A DNA stretch of 64,000 bases, taken from Massalongia carnosa (lineage: Eukaryota). Made by a program: the position numbers and the translations under genes. The stretch is from the NCBI GenBank assembly GCA_965645245.1, contig OZ287075.1, positions 1,178,001-1,242,000 on the forward strand, in the 5' to 3' direction. Below the pieces are notes generated by a model that did no database searches, was not told the origin of the DNA, and saw only the letters and a program-made list of their open reading frames with translations. Below, piece after piece: positions 38,588 through 50,527 of the stretch (the first letter of the stretch is position 1; each line of letters opens with the position of its first letter).

Positions 38588-39799
38588 TAATAGATGAAGA
38601 CGAGGACGGGGCACTGATGAGGTTGACACTTGATCAAAAAGAGCTCGCACTCTGGGACTCCAGTCTCCGACATCTGTAGTAGCGGAAATTTAGGTTCAGA
38701 AGGCTTTCAAATGCAGGGCGTTGGTTTCGGTTTCAATCCGTTGAGTCTTTTAGTTTTTTGAAGCCCGGTAAATTCGACCCTCTTCCTCCGTACAGAAAAT
38801 GAAGAAATATCAGTTTGCTTACAGCAACGTTCCGCCAAGCGAGTTCACCGATAATGGTAGATCAAAAACGGCTATGTGTATTTCGTGTTCGAGTGCTCCC
38901 TTTACAACTCACTCTCTTGGGTATCTTGTTTAGTGTAATTCGCACTAGATCATATAGGGCCGTTCTGGCTGATTTCAATAAAGTGGTCTCACCGATTATT
39001 GTGTATAAGCCGCTAACGGCCCGCTGTCATCAGCTAGCGGAGCATTATTTCAACCCGCCATAGCGTCCGCTAAGTTTGATCGATTTCTCATTGAGGGCAA
39101 GTCAGAGGCCAACTGGATGTAGGCTTCCTCACCTCAGCTAGCAACGGACTGCCGCTGGTTAGCTTTCGTTATCATGACTTTAACCTCCTTCATGCCATGC
39201 ATCTTTATTCATTTCTGTCTCCAGTTCTTTTCCACTTTTCTGCCTGACCCTACTCAGTCACACTGCATATATTTTACTTCTCATGCAGCTGCAACAACTG
39301 ACAAGCTCGGAACTCCCAAATCTGCTCCATTCTTTGGTTGTTTCTGCTCGGCTAGGAAGGCAACGTGTGGATCCTTGATACGATCATCTTGCTCAAGAGC
39401 GATCGACCAATCATGGGATTTGACTAGAACAGCCTTCCAGCTGAGCCACCGCCAGTCAATGTCCATATTGTTCTCCATCACATCATGAACATGTCAAACC
39501 ATTCGCTGCTGTCTAAGAGAACCCTGGCAACAGAAGCATGGGACTTCTAGTGGATGAGTTGGCAGGTTTGAAGGGAAAAGATGTTGCTAGCTAAATGGTT
39601 GATTCGATAATTTTAACATCGGATTAAGATATGTCCACTGTCCAGCGTATCTATAAATTCATGCTACAACGTCCGTTCGTTCTCTTTTATTCCTCTATAT
39701 CAGCACCTTATCATTGTATAAAGCCATACAGAGAAACTCAAAACCACTTTTCCAAATCAAACAGAAATATATCAACTCTTGATCAACCGGACATTCAAA

Positions 39800-40237
39800 A
39801 TGTCTACCATTGTCACCGCAAGTTCGTTCCAGTTTCTGTCTCAATGGATTAAGCTCTTTACTGACAACTGGCAAGCTACCCGGGTGTCATACAAACCCAA
39901 TGAGCTCAACATCCACGCCAACCCTGGAAGTTTCATCAGATTTGAGAATGGCGCCAATTTTGTATTTCAAGAGGACGGCAATTTGGTAGTCTACAACAAC
40001 GGGAAGCCTCTCTGGGCTGCTGGATCTAATGTCCATGGAGGCAATAAGGACAATCTAATCCTTCGATTCCAAGATGATGGAAACTTGGTGCAGTACCTAA
40101 ATAACTCGGCCAAATGGTCTACGAAGACCGCTGGGAAGGGAGTTAAGCTTGTGATCTCGGATAGTACACCCTTTCTGATAATCTTGGACAAGAATGGAAA
40201 CATCGCTTGGCATTCCACACAAGATGTCAAGCCATAA
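39800..40237 (+). CDS. Bulb-type (GNA-like) mannose-binding lectin, no signal peptide
   Basis: Two QxDxNxVxY sites (QEDGNLVVY, QDDGNLVQY), each followed by a Trp. Possible short in-frame intron ~39822-39875. Confidence 0.85.
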   Translation: MSTIVTASSFQFLSQWIKLFTDNWQATRVSYKPNELNIHANPGSFIRFENGANFVFQEDGNLVVYNNGKPLWAAGSNVHGGNKDNLILRFQDDGNLVQYLNNSAKWSTKTAGKGVKLVISDSTPFLIILDKNGNIAWHSTQDVKP

Positions 40238-40798
40238 TGGCTGAAAGAGGCCATTCAAGAAAAGTTCACTCTAAAGGTGATGAGAGAGGACATGCAAAGG
40301 ACAGTGATGGATGGATGGTACACATTTGATGAGTTAACTTGAGTCGTTCCCTTTTGAAAAGCATTGAGTAAGATTGCTTGGTATGCATCTAAAGTAGGAA
40401 AGCAAGTAGTTGAATGAAATAGAGTTCTTTATTTCACCAATAATGAACCAGACGATGCGCAGGTGATTTGTTCATGGGTGAGCGACCGAGACTATAAAAT
40501 TAGAGCTCACATGACGGCACTAGAAACGATCTGTAGAAGAAGAACGAAAATATAATTCTATGACCCTTATCGGTGCCGTTACCTTCGCTTGCGCTGGGGG
40601 GGCTTTTAATTGGATGAATTGATTTGAATGCTTGAATTTGATTGGGCATGGGAACGACACAGGTCAGCCCGGGCAGGCCTAGGCACGTGACTCGGGGTCG
40701 GTGCTGAGGTGAGAACCTCATCTTCTAGGCCCGAGGCGTCTGCTGACGCTCAACGATCCGATAGATGATGCCCGACGGCAGTGCCCGACGGCGATGAT

Positions 40799-42256
40799 CT
40801 AGATGGAGGTGCCCGGCGGCGCTCCGGATCGATGCCCTGGTTGACCTGTACGCCCAATGGAATGCCCAATTGAGTAGGGGTAGGAGTTTGTAGGATTCGT
40901 CTCGGCGACGACAGCACGTGGGACTGCTAGAGGGATGCCTTTTTGAAAACTGAGGTTCAAATTGAATAGTGAGGCCTGGGACGTCTGAAAGTATAGCTGA
41001 AACGCGTTTGATGACCATCTTCCGAGTCTCTGAATACTCTCATCCAGCATCCCGTGGTCGGCGGCGTGTTGTGCTGCTCCTTTTCTGAAGCTGTGTCCCG
41101 AGTATGCCGAGTCGTTGATGCCGACGGCTATCAGTCTCTTTTTCAGGGATGCTATGACGGAGGCTCTGGTGAATGCGGTGCCGAGACGAAAAAGCGGGGA
41201 TGTAGATGGCTGAGGATCATTTCTGAAAAGACGCCGTAGTGCTGTCACGGGGCAAGTGCTCTCATTGGTCGCTGCCAGCACTATCTGAACTCCTGAGTGA
41301 TTTGTGTCTGTTTTGCTTCTTTTGAGACGTAATGTCGCGTATTGATCGTTCTCGGCGAATGAGATGTCACCTCGTGTAGGTTTCAATCTCTGAAAAGATG
41401 TCTTCTTACGATCAGCGACAGTGTAGGTGATTTCCCCGAGTCTGAGGAACCCTGCCCATGCAACTTTGAATGTCGCGTCGATGTTGAGGTCTTCGGCCGA
41501 ATGAGCGGGAATACTGGTGATTTTTGTCAGTAATTCTTTTGAAATGGGTAGGCGTCTTCTTTTTGTCTGAGAAAAGATCCTTTTTCCCCCTTTCAGCATC
41601 AATTGAAGTCTCGGCCCCTCGAATGGGGTGAGGCCGTATCCTCGGTCTACATGGTATGATCTGAGGCCGGCGAGGTAGCTCGCTGCCGTCTCTGGTTTTA
41701 TCTTTCCCTGCTTGGGTGTGCCGCCCCCGTATAGTCGACCGGCTAGCCATTCCTCGAGGGACTCGGTTGTTGCAGGCCACGACGTGCGTCCCGTCGTCGC
41801 GCAGAATGCCTCGTATGAGTCGATCGCCGTCCCGTACCCTTTTCTCGTGTCCGCCGAGTGTCCGTGCCAGACGAGACGTTTTACCAGGGCTGACCCTGGT
41901 GTGGAGGATAGGTAGGTGGAGGGAGGTTCATCGAATTGTATGGGTTCTAGGTCCTCGTCGTCATCGCCGACGACACGACTCGGCTTGCCAGCAGGAATGA
42001 CGGCCGCTATTCGGGCGTCAGATTCTCGGCGCATGCAGTCGATTTCTAGCTGCATTTTTTCCACCTCCTTCTCGGCGACCAATGCCTTGGACTCGGCAAT
42101 TCTGGCCTCAGCCTCGGCCGCCTTCGCTTCTGCCTCGGCTTTCTTCTTTTGTAGGGCGAAGATTTGATTGGACTGGGCCTGCGTCAATCCGACAATCTCC
42201 TGGGAGTCGGGGACTATGTCGTCCATCGGGGTGCTTTGGGAACGGGTGTTCGTCAT
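40799..42256 (-). CDS. 485-aa fusion: coiled-coil Gag-like N-terminus + tyrosine recombinase
   Basis: Catalytic set visible: AGFLRLGE (R), RSKTD (K), GHSFRKGAA (HxxR), LGRW, FQLY (Y). N-terminal helical domain TRKGY...YLAGLRSYH. The ORF is uninterrupted. Confidence 0.9.
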   Translation of the reverse strand: MTNTRSQSTPMDDIVPDSQEIVGLTQAQSNQIFALQKKKAEAEAKAAEAEARIAESKALVAEKEVEKMQLEIDCMRRESDARIAAVIPAGKPSRVVGDDDEDLEPIQFDEPPSTYLSSTPGSALVKRLVWHGHSADTRKGYGTAIDSYEAFCATTGRTSWPATTESLEEWLAGRLYGGGTPKQGKIKPETAASYLAGLRSYHVDRGYGLTPFEGPRLQLMLKGGKRIFSQTKRRRLPISKELLTKITSIPAHSAEDLNIDATFKVAWAGFLRLGEITYTVADRKKTSFQRLKPTRGDISFAENDQYATLRLKRSKTDTNHSGVQIVLAATNESTCPVTALRRLFRNDPQPSTSPLFRLGTAFTRASVIASLKKRLIAVGINDSAYSGHSFRKGAAQHAADHGMLDESIQRLGRWSSNAFQLYFQTSQASLFNLNLSFQKGIPLAVPRAVVAETNPTNSYPYSIGHSIGRTGQPGHRSGAPPGTSI

Positions 42257-42270
42257 TGGGAAAAAGCACC

Positions 42271-42402
42271 GACAGCGAGGTAGGGGCACCGAGGACAACG
42301 TGAGGTCGACGACGAGTCAGTGAGATGGGAAAAGCAGCAAGCACTGACAGCGAGGTAGGGGCACCGAGACAACGTGGGGTCGACGACGAGTCAGTGAGAT
42401 GG
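42271..42402. repeat. ~58-bp direct repeat pair (42271-42328, 42346-42402) in the 5' leader of the YR ORF
   Basis: GACAGCGAGGTAGGGGCACCGAG(G)ACAACGTGRGGTCGACGACGAGTCAGTGAGATGG occurs twice. Confidence 0.92.
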
Positions 42403-43059
42403 ATGAGGCCGAGTGAGAAGAAGTGGATGAGGAAAGAATTTTCAGAGGGTGATTCTTAATTTACTTTGACTCAGGGGCCTCACGTGACATAGAACCATCT
42501 CATAAATGTCACGAAACAAAGTGTCACAATTCCTAAGTGGGAATTAAACCAAATTGGGTTAAAACCGTAAACGATGTCACGGTCGTGATCCTGCTTAAAA
42601 CGAGTCACGAGATAACGGCGGAAATCTCTTGCGCGATCTTACCGCAAGGGATTAGAAAGTGCACTGTTATATTAATAAATGTAGAGTTTTAATCGTAATT
42701 ATCATTAATCTTTTTAAGTAGATTCTAAATTTAAAAAAAAAGTAACGAAAAAAACGCAATAATTAATGTCACGATTCGACTATACATAATGCGGGCGGCA
42801 GGGCCTACAGCGCGATTCCCATTTATAAGCTTAGTCTACGGACTAAGTATTGTGCCTTTTGCCCGATAGGGATAAACTGAATGATGTGCATAGATGAATC
42901 TATGGCGCATCACTGGGCCATTATGTGGAAAGGGGTAAACGATCAGATCAGCGTCGTCATCAAGATAAAGAGATGAAAAGATGAAAAGCAAAAGAGATAG
43001 GCAGGCGGAAACTATCCCTCTCGCTGGCAACCCTCACAGTGAGAGCGATAACTGCTTGC

Positions 43060-43132
43060 TCAGGGGATGGTCATGTGACCGTACGCAAACACTGACTAGT
43101 TAACTATCGGTAGTCACATGACCATCCCCTGA
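43060..43132. repeat. 73-bp hairpin with perfect 20-bp inverted arms (possible mini-MITE)
   Basis: TCAGGGGATGGTCATGTGAC (43060-43079) and GTCACATGACCATCCCCTGA (43113-43132). Confidence 0.9.
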
Positions 43133-43527
43133 TCATCTGATGGAGGTCCACTCCACCCCTTATCTACGGAAATCGCCAATATTGTTATTCAGGATTTTCA
43201 CGTGTCTTGTTCAGTGTTTACATTATAATTTCAATCGTACGAACTCTTATTGCTGAATTATACTAATTCCATATAACAAAGAAATAAGAAGAAAAGAAAA
43301 CGTGGAATTGTAAATGTCCCGCTTTGAGTTTCAAATTATCGTTATGACGAATTGATATTTATCGTTCTTCGTAAGACATATGTGCTTGTCAACTAGCTAA
43401 CCTTGACGCATTTAAGTATCAGTTTTTACAAGGTAATATACTCGTATTCATCTGTACTCGAACAAAGTCCCTAAAATCAGCTCATAGGCATGGCAGACAA
43501 GAATATAGTATATAAGAAAGCTTGGTA

Positions 43528-45694
43528 ATGTCCTCATCACAGCCTTTTCAGGCTTCATCTCCATTCTCATCGATTTCTGGATGTTGCCATAAATCTCGAT
43601 TTACTTTCAAACATCTCGCTCAGCTAGGGGTCTCATCTACATCTTGCCCACTTCGTGTCATAGCCCACATAGATCTAGATGCCTTCTATGCCCAATGCGA
43701 AGGGGTGCGACTTAACATACCGGAAGATCAGCCACTTGCTGTGCAGGTAAGCAGGCTTTTTCAATTCATGGCTCGGGCTCTAATCTCGACTCTAGCAATG
43801 GCAAGGGCTGATCGCTATCAATTATCCTGCAAGAGAGTATGGCCTAAATAGGCATGTCACAATTACGGAAGCGAAGAAGAAATGTCCAGATCTAATCATG
43901 CAACACGTTGCTACATGGAAAGAGGGGGATGAAAAATGGGCCTATCATGAGGATGCTTTTGCTCAAATAGCTTCCCATAAGGTGTCATTGGATCCTTATC
44001 GTCTAGAGTCCAGAAAAATCCTTGACTGTATCAAAGACGTGCTTCCGCCATCCCCATTTCAAAGGGTGGAAAAGGCTAGCGTTGATGAGGTCTTCCTGGA
44101 TTTGTCGTCACAAGTGCATTCAATTCTCATAGAAAGATACCCCGAGATTAGCGGTCCTGCGCCATACGATGACCCTACTGAACTGCTACCACGGCCGCCC
44201 ACAAGCGCTTTGGACTGGAACTCCGATGCACTAGTGGATCTTGATATTACAGAAACAGAGGATGATGACCCTGACTGGGATGATATTGCTATACTAGTTG
44301 GATCTGAGATTGTGCGAACTGTACGTGCGGCTATCCGGGAGCGTCTGAAATACACTTGCTCTGCCGGCATTGCCCGTAACAAAATGATTGCTAAGTTAGG
44401 CTCTGCCCACAAGAAGCCAAACCAGCAAACTATTGTGCGCAATCGAGCCGTGCAGAATTTTCTTGGAGGGTTCAAGTTTACGAAAATCCGAAACCTGGGA
44501 GGTAAGCTGGGAGAGGACGTTGCGGCCAAGTTCGGCACAGATGAGGTGAAAGACCTACTAGTGGTGGGGCTGGAGAAGATGAAATGCAAAATTGGAGATG
44601 ACACAGGATCATGGGTCTACGAAGTAATACGGGGAAATGATTTGAGCGAAGTCAATTCCCGAACGCAGATCAAGTCAATGCTCTCAGCTAAATCCTTTCG
44701 CCCGAGTATTAATACATTTGAACAAGCAACTCGATGGCTTCGAATCTTTGCGGCAGACATATTCTCAAGACTTGTCGAAGAAGGTGTGCTGGAGAATAAA
44801 CGAAGACCCAAAACCATGAATCTTCATCATAGACAAGGGGCTCAAATGCGATCTCGGCAGGGCCCTATTCATATGGGGAGACTCATTGACGAGACACTTA
44901 TTTTCGATATTGCCAAGAATTTGCTCGGACAGATTGTAGCAGATGGACGCGTGTGGCCTTGTAGCAACCTCCAGCTGAGTGTTGGCGGATTTGAAGATGG
45001 GCCCACAGGAAATCGAGGCATTGATGGGTTTTTAGTGAGAGGATATGAGGCTAAGGCAATGAGGGCAACAATCGGGGAGCTCAATATAGATCAAACGTAT
45101 CGGGAGAATAACCAGCCAGAAAAGCGACGCAAATCCGAAAATGGCGTTATCGAGAGATTCTTAGTAAAGAAAGACTCCTCTGACGGAGGCGACAATCTAG
45201 AAGAGCGAGTTATTGGAAACCGATTTGCTGTTGACGACAATTTGTCAGCGCAAACCGTGATCCAAAGGATGTTTCAAGAGACTGCCAAGAACCCTCAGCA
45301 AAACGGGATAGAGAAGATCGATGGCCTTGGGAACGGTACGACCTTGACAATATGCAATACTCAGAATGACAGTTCATCCGCATTCACCAATAAGAATAAC
45401 CCCGCGCTACAAGCAACCAGCTTATATCTTTGTGATCAATGCAACATACCCATATTAGAAGGAGACAAGGAAGAGCATAGAGATTGGCATTTCGCAAAAG
45501 CTTTGCAGTCTCAAGAACGTAGTCATGCTCCACCTGGTAGCCCTCAATCAGCATTGTCACACGAGTCAAAAGCAAAGGGCGGTAAAAATCGTCCTTCTAG
45601 TCTCCCAATAGCGGTTGGTAAGAAACGAACTCATCTAGACCGGGTGCAGGAAAAGCCAGAAAAGGGCCAAAGAAAGTTGAAATTCGAGACTTGA
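43528..45694 (+). CDS. RAD30: Y-family DNA polymerase eta
   Basis: Motifs HIDLDAFYAQCE, AVQQW across intron ~43747-43795, ASVDE, KPNQQT and IRNLGGKLG; C-terminal UBZ CDQC...EHRDWHFA and PIP-like QRKLKF. Confidence 0.92.
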
Positions 45695-45849
45695 GCGGTT
45701 GATTTATTTTACCTACCTATTTGCAGACTAAAGTGTCATCGCCTAATAAGACTTTGGCCCAGGTGCAGCTGCTTTTCTCATCCTCTAGGGAAACTAGTTC
45801 TGTTTATTGATAAACGGTAGTATTAAGACCTACAGGCAAAAAAGGATCA

Positions 45850-47600
45850 TCTACCCGAAAGCCTTAGCATTGGACTGGGAATGTAGAACTGCAATTAACT
45901 TACGGTCTCTTGTCATTCGTTTACCTGCTGGCGGTAACCTGGCTATAGCCCTACCTCCAGCTACTCCTCCGAAAGCTTTGTTTGCACAGAGATTGACAAG
46001 GGTGTCGAGTACGGAGCGAACCGAGATCAAAATGACGTCGACCAGGGAAGCAGCCGAGACAGACAGGCAGCATTGTCCTTCAGCAAATCAGACACTTCTA
46101 TACCGCTAAGAAGGGCTGGCGTACCACTATTGAGGAAGAATGGGTTGGAAGGGCCAACCAGAAGATTGTGACCTTTGATCCGGAATTCAGCATTCAGGCA
46201 ATCTACCAGTTTGGGAACCCCAAGCTTTTGGTTGCAACGATATTCCACATTCGTCGGAGCATGTTTAATGGGGTTTGCCACCAACTTACTGACCCGCCTA
46301 GCCTGATTTATTCCAATATCCACCATTATAGTCAGAAGCTGTTCATGACTTAACGTTCTACGCTCTGATGCTAAAATTTGCCTGCCCCATGCAAGTATTC
46401 ATGCAACTATCAATCTAGCTATCCAGACTGAGTTGTCACCTGGGTGGTAATCGGGTATGTTTAAACCTCTGATTGACACAGCCATGGCGCTCGATCAGTA
46501 TTTCCTTGAGGTACCATCATTTCGAGGGTTTCACATGAGGAATTAGTAATTGCATTCATTACGCTTCTCAACCCGTTTGAGACCCAGCCACCATAGCCTT
46601 TTTCCGCAACACAATCACGGATCAGGAAATCGGCCATTTTCCAAGCAATATTAATTGTGGTCGTCGATTACTAAACTCCATATTCATAAAAGGCGTGGCT
46701 ATATGGAGTAGCAGGCTGAAAAGCTAAATCCACGGCTGATCGTGCAGCTCCCTTGTGAAAATATCAGCATGGCGATTGACAGCATCAAAAGGGTTCAACC
46801 ATGACTGTAGGTTGCTGGGAGGGTTCATGGATCAGGAGGGACCTTCATATAGTTGTAAGTTTTCGGGGTGGTCTAGCTTGGCATTAGATTTGCTGCTTCG
46901 ATGTAATCCGGGAGTATGATGTTGACACCAAAACGTCTAACATTATAGCTAATATCTGGGAAGGCCGGCTGGGCCCCAAGTTGTAAAGGCGCTGCTGTAC
47001 CATGCGTGGCCAGGTTTATACTCACGGGTATCGCCTCGTATGATGGAATTTCCAGCGTGGTGACTGACGAACTAGTTATCAAGGATTTGATAGATGAAGC
47101 TCAGTCTCAAGCCCATAAAGAGCTCCACAGTGTCGACTAAGTATGGCCACGTTCCCCGATCAAGGATTTGATCGAACGTCATAGGATTCCACCGTTTAAA
47201 TGTGGGGACGATGTACGGATGGATGCATTTTCCGTATCCTTTTCTAGCCATTGACAACTTGAGACAACATTTGAAGCTTGCATCACCCAGCGGTGCGCTT
47301 CGGAGACAACTATTTCTTACATCGTGCTGGTCTTGTAATTTACAATGTTGCTGTCGCGGAAATCGGTCCGTGGATATGGAAAACCGCGCATGAGGCGGCA
47401 TTTTCATTTCACTTCTCAAAAGGCATGTAAACATGAAGTAAAGAGAATTGGAGGGAAATTGCAATAGGTTCATCCATACGAAGTCAAACCCCATAGATCT
47501 AGAACACTTTGCTCTCGCACACATTGTAAACCTTCGACCAACACATCACAGTCCTGCTGCAGTTGTTCATTGTTTTGGAGAGTAGAGGATGCGTAAGCAA
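45850..47600 (-). pseudogene. Degraded hypothetical gene
   Basis: Chain of short minus-strand ORFs (47524-47072, 47082-46873, 46326-46027) with stops and shifts. No family recognised. Confidence 0.3.
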
Positions 47601-49293
47601 TGATTCATAAAATGCTTCAACTTAAACTATTTTTTATTTGGCTGCTCTCTGTCGATACAGGCTGGTGTTGGAGGCAGGTCGATATGTCATTTTAATAACT
47701 TTTAAAACAGTCTACCAATTAGGTCTTGTACTAACGTAACTCAGGAGATTTTGCATGTAGGGGTCGGAGTTATTTAACGAATGAAGACCTCTAATCCCTT
47801 TGGTTATAAAACCATGTTTCAAGATGAATTCCTTTGACCACGATCATTCCTGTCTCAACGAAGCCCCGTTTTAAGTGACCTTCTGACGACCAACCGACCC
47901 CATCCTCTGTCACTTACAGGGAATGCGGAAACACGACGTTTTTAGTCTGTTTTACATGTATCCACCAATCAAATATTTGGTGTGTTTCTTTGATTCCACT
48001 ACGCAAAATATTACTAGCACGTTATTATTCGTGTTTGTACTGCGCTAACCAAAAACCCCGGAGGACCATGGTACTCCGTATTCGCGTGGTCTAGAGGTTT
48101 ATCTTTTCATTTTATTTCGCATCTCCCACCTAAACTACATAGCATCATGATGGAAATTTTTGATCTATGTTTTAGCAACATCTCAATGAACTACAAAAGA
48201 CATGTGAAGGGGAAAAGGTTTTATTTAAGGTATATATTTGTGTTTGTGAAGGCTGCGCCCCTCTCGTTGGTGACTTGGCAACCACCCGCTCAAACTGTAT
48301 GCGGAAGATTTTTATTCCTGGTGAGGGTTGCCAAAATCAGAGATAGCACGATCGTGCAGTACCGTATTTACCTATGGAGTACGGAGTAGATATGTCTACA
48401 CTGCATTTCTACACGACGTACTCCGTATAGAGTGCTCCGTACAGATTACCATCCCTCCGCTGGCACGAGTTGCATTCCATTGGGTACGAGAGTGAGATAG
48501 CTTGTCAGAGCTTGTCCGATCGTCATTCAGCTGGACTAATTCAAGTCAATGCTGCCTTAAGCTAGCTCGTACTTGTGCTGCAGGCTTGCAACCATCATTG
48601 CTGCCCAACGCAACATAATCCAAACAAGTGGAGCTTTTTGGAGCCAAATGGATCAATGAAATTGCCGCTGATATGGAGGGTAAGATGTGCTCCATACTCA
48701 TGTAACTATCGGTGCTCATCATTGCCTTCATCATCATAGGAACGCCCCGTTACTTTCCTTATTATCGACTGGTTTCGGGACACAGCAGTTCTGGCGAATC
48801 AGCTGGTCCTCGCGCCATTCTCAAGCAGCGACACTCCTTAGCCCGATCGACTCGCCGCTGCAGAGCCAACCAGTTAAAAAGCTTGCCTCCCCTCCGGTCC
48901 ACCCTCTCACCTCCATCCACGTTCAGCTGAACTCGCCTTTCTGCAAAACCAACCCACAGACCGCCTTCTGGCTAGCCAATCTGCCTTCTCATAGCCTTAT
49001 TGATCTTCAGCACGCCACGTATTAAAAAACATCGAGTCCTTTTTGCTTTCTTAGTGACTTTCTGCAAGACTGATATACGGCACGAGTACTTCTTCAGGCA
49101 CAATCCCCCAACTCGATAACTCATTTTTATCTTCCACAGCAAAATTCCAAAGACTTCCAGTGAAAGTGAAGCTGTTCAGCAAAATCCTTCTGCTTGACTG
49201 CGTCGTTGGCCTCTGCTCTACACGCTTTAACCACGCAAGGACAGCTAGAAATACTCTTTCTAGTTGAGGATTTACAGTAGATATCCATCTATC

Positions 49294-50527
49294 ATGGCTC
49301 ATCGTGTCGAACGTGAGCGAGAGCGTGAACGAGAACAGGGCCGGGACCAAGGCCGGGATCGGGACCGAGATCGTTTACCCAGAGGAGAAAACCGTGACCG
49401 TAGAGAACCCGCCCGTGATCGAAACCGAGAGCCTTCCGGACTAAACGAGTTCTTCGTGGATGGAGAAGGCATCCATCGAGATGTAATGCAAAGAGAAATT
49501 TGCAAATACCTTGGCCCGGAAGCGTATTCGAGGCCTGGTACTTACAATGTTCGACTGTTCATATCCCTCATGTCTTGACCATGTTACTGACTATTAACTT
49601 AGGGTCAGAGTGGGTATATTGTTACCGCTGTGCGCCCCTTCACACCTGTTAGTATACACTTTGCTTGACATCTCTTTCTGTGCTAATATCTCTTCTCGAT
49701 AGAGAATGATCGATGACTTGCAATCCTTGTCGGAAGATTGGGTATCGGAGAATCGCGATCTCTACGAACGAGGCCAAAGAGGTAGTCCCATGCGATCCTC
49801 GCCCGTGGCTGGCCTTCCTAATGAACCATCAGGCATCCCATATCCTCAATCTCAGGCCAGCCGGCGCTCGGATCGCTCGGATCGTTCGGATATTACATTG
49901 CCAAGCTCTCAAGATACTTTTATTGACCCCCGTTATCCTCAGCAACCTTACACATCTGCTCCTGTGCCTGCTGGATTCACTCCCACTTCTAGCTACCCTC
50001 AGGCTTCCAATTACCCCGCATCACAGGTACCTGGGTACCCGACTGCACAGAACTATCCCCAGCAGCCTGCTTATCCGCCTAACACTTCTTTTCCAACTGG
50101 AACGACTTATCAGTCGGGGCCTATTTACCCTACAGCATCAGGCTATCCGTCGCCAGGTTATCCAGCTCCAGTGGGAAGACCGGGAAATCCCAGTGAACAA
50201 AACTATATATATGATACAGGAGAGTACCCCAACCAAGGTTATCCGTATAGACAACAAGGTGCATATCCAAATGGCCAGCAGCCCAGAGACCCACGGGTAG
50301 GATCAGATCCTAGATCAGCACCGGGCTATCCTTTTGTAACATCGCCACAAGATGCTGCAATGCGCGGTGCTACCGTGGAAGAGAGATATGCATATGGACC
50401 TATGGCTCCTGGACAAGCTGGTCGAGGTGGGTTTCCTGCTCCGGCTCGTGGACCGCCAACAGCATATGACCCTCCTCAGCCGAGAGATGGATTCAATGAT
50501 CGCGACTCTGAACGCCGTCGAAGATAA
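49294..50527 (+). CDS. RfeG-like protein (conserved N-terminal domain, Pro/Tyr/Gln-rich tail), multi-exon
   Basis: NEFFVDGEGIHRDVMQREICKYLGPEAYSRPGTY + GYIVTAVRPFT + MIDDL, joined over two short introns. Confidence 0.7.

Larger units (their letters stand above)
40556..42494 (-). mobile_element. Tyrosine-recombinase (DIRS/Ngaro-type) retroelement derivative lacking RT/RNase H; boundaries tentative
   Basis: GC-richer island holding one YR ORF; short imperfect inverted ends TTCTATGAC (40556-40564) and GACATAGAA (42486-42494). Confidence 0.65.

Noticed and set aside
40799..42256. Starship captain (DUF3435) tyrosine recombinase
   Set aside because: The motifs (GHSFRKGAA, LGRWSSNAFQLY), short length and lack of introns fit DIRS/Ngaro-type YRs, and no large cargo element is evident.
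43528..45694. Eso1-type polymerase eta/Eco1 acetyltransferase fusion
   Set aside because: The ORF ends after the UBZ and PIP-like motifs, and no acetyltransferase domain follows.
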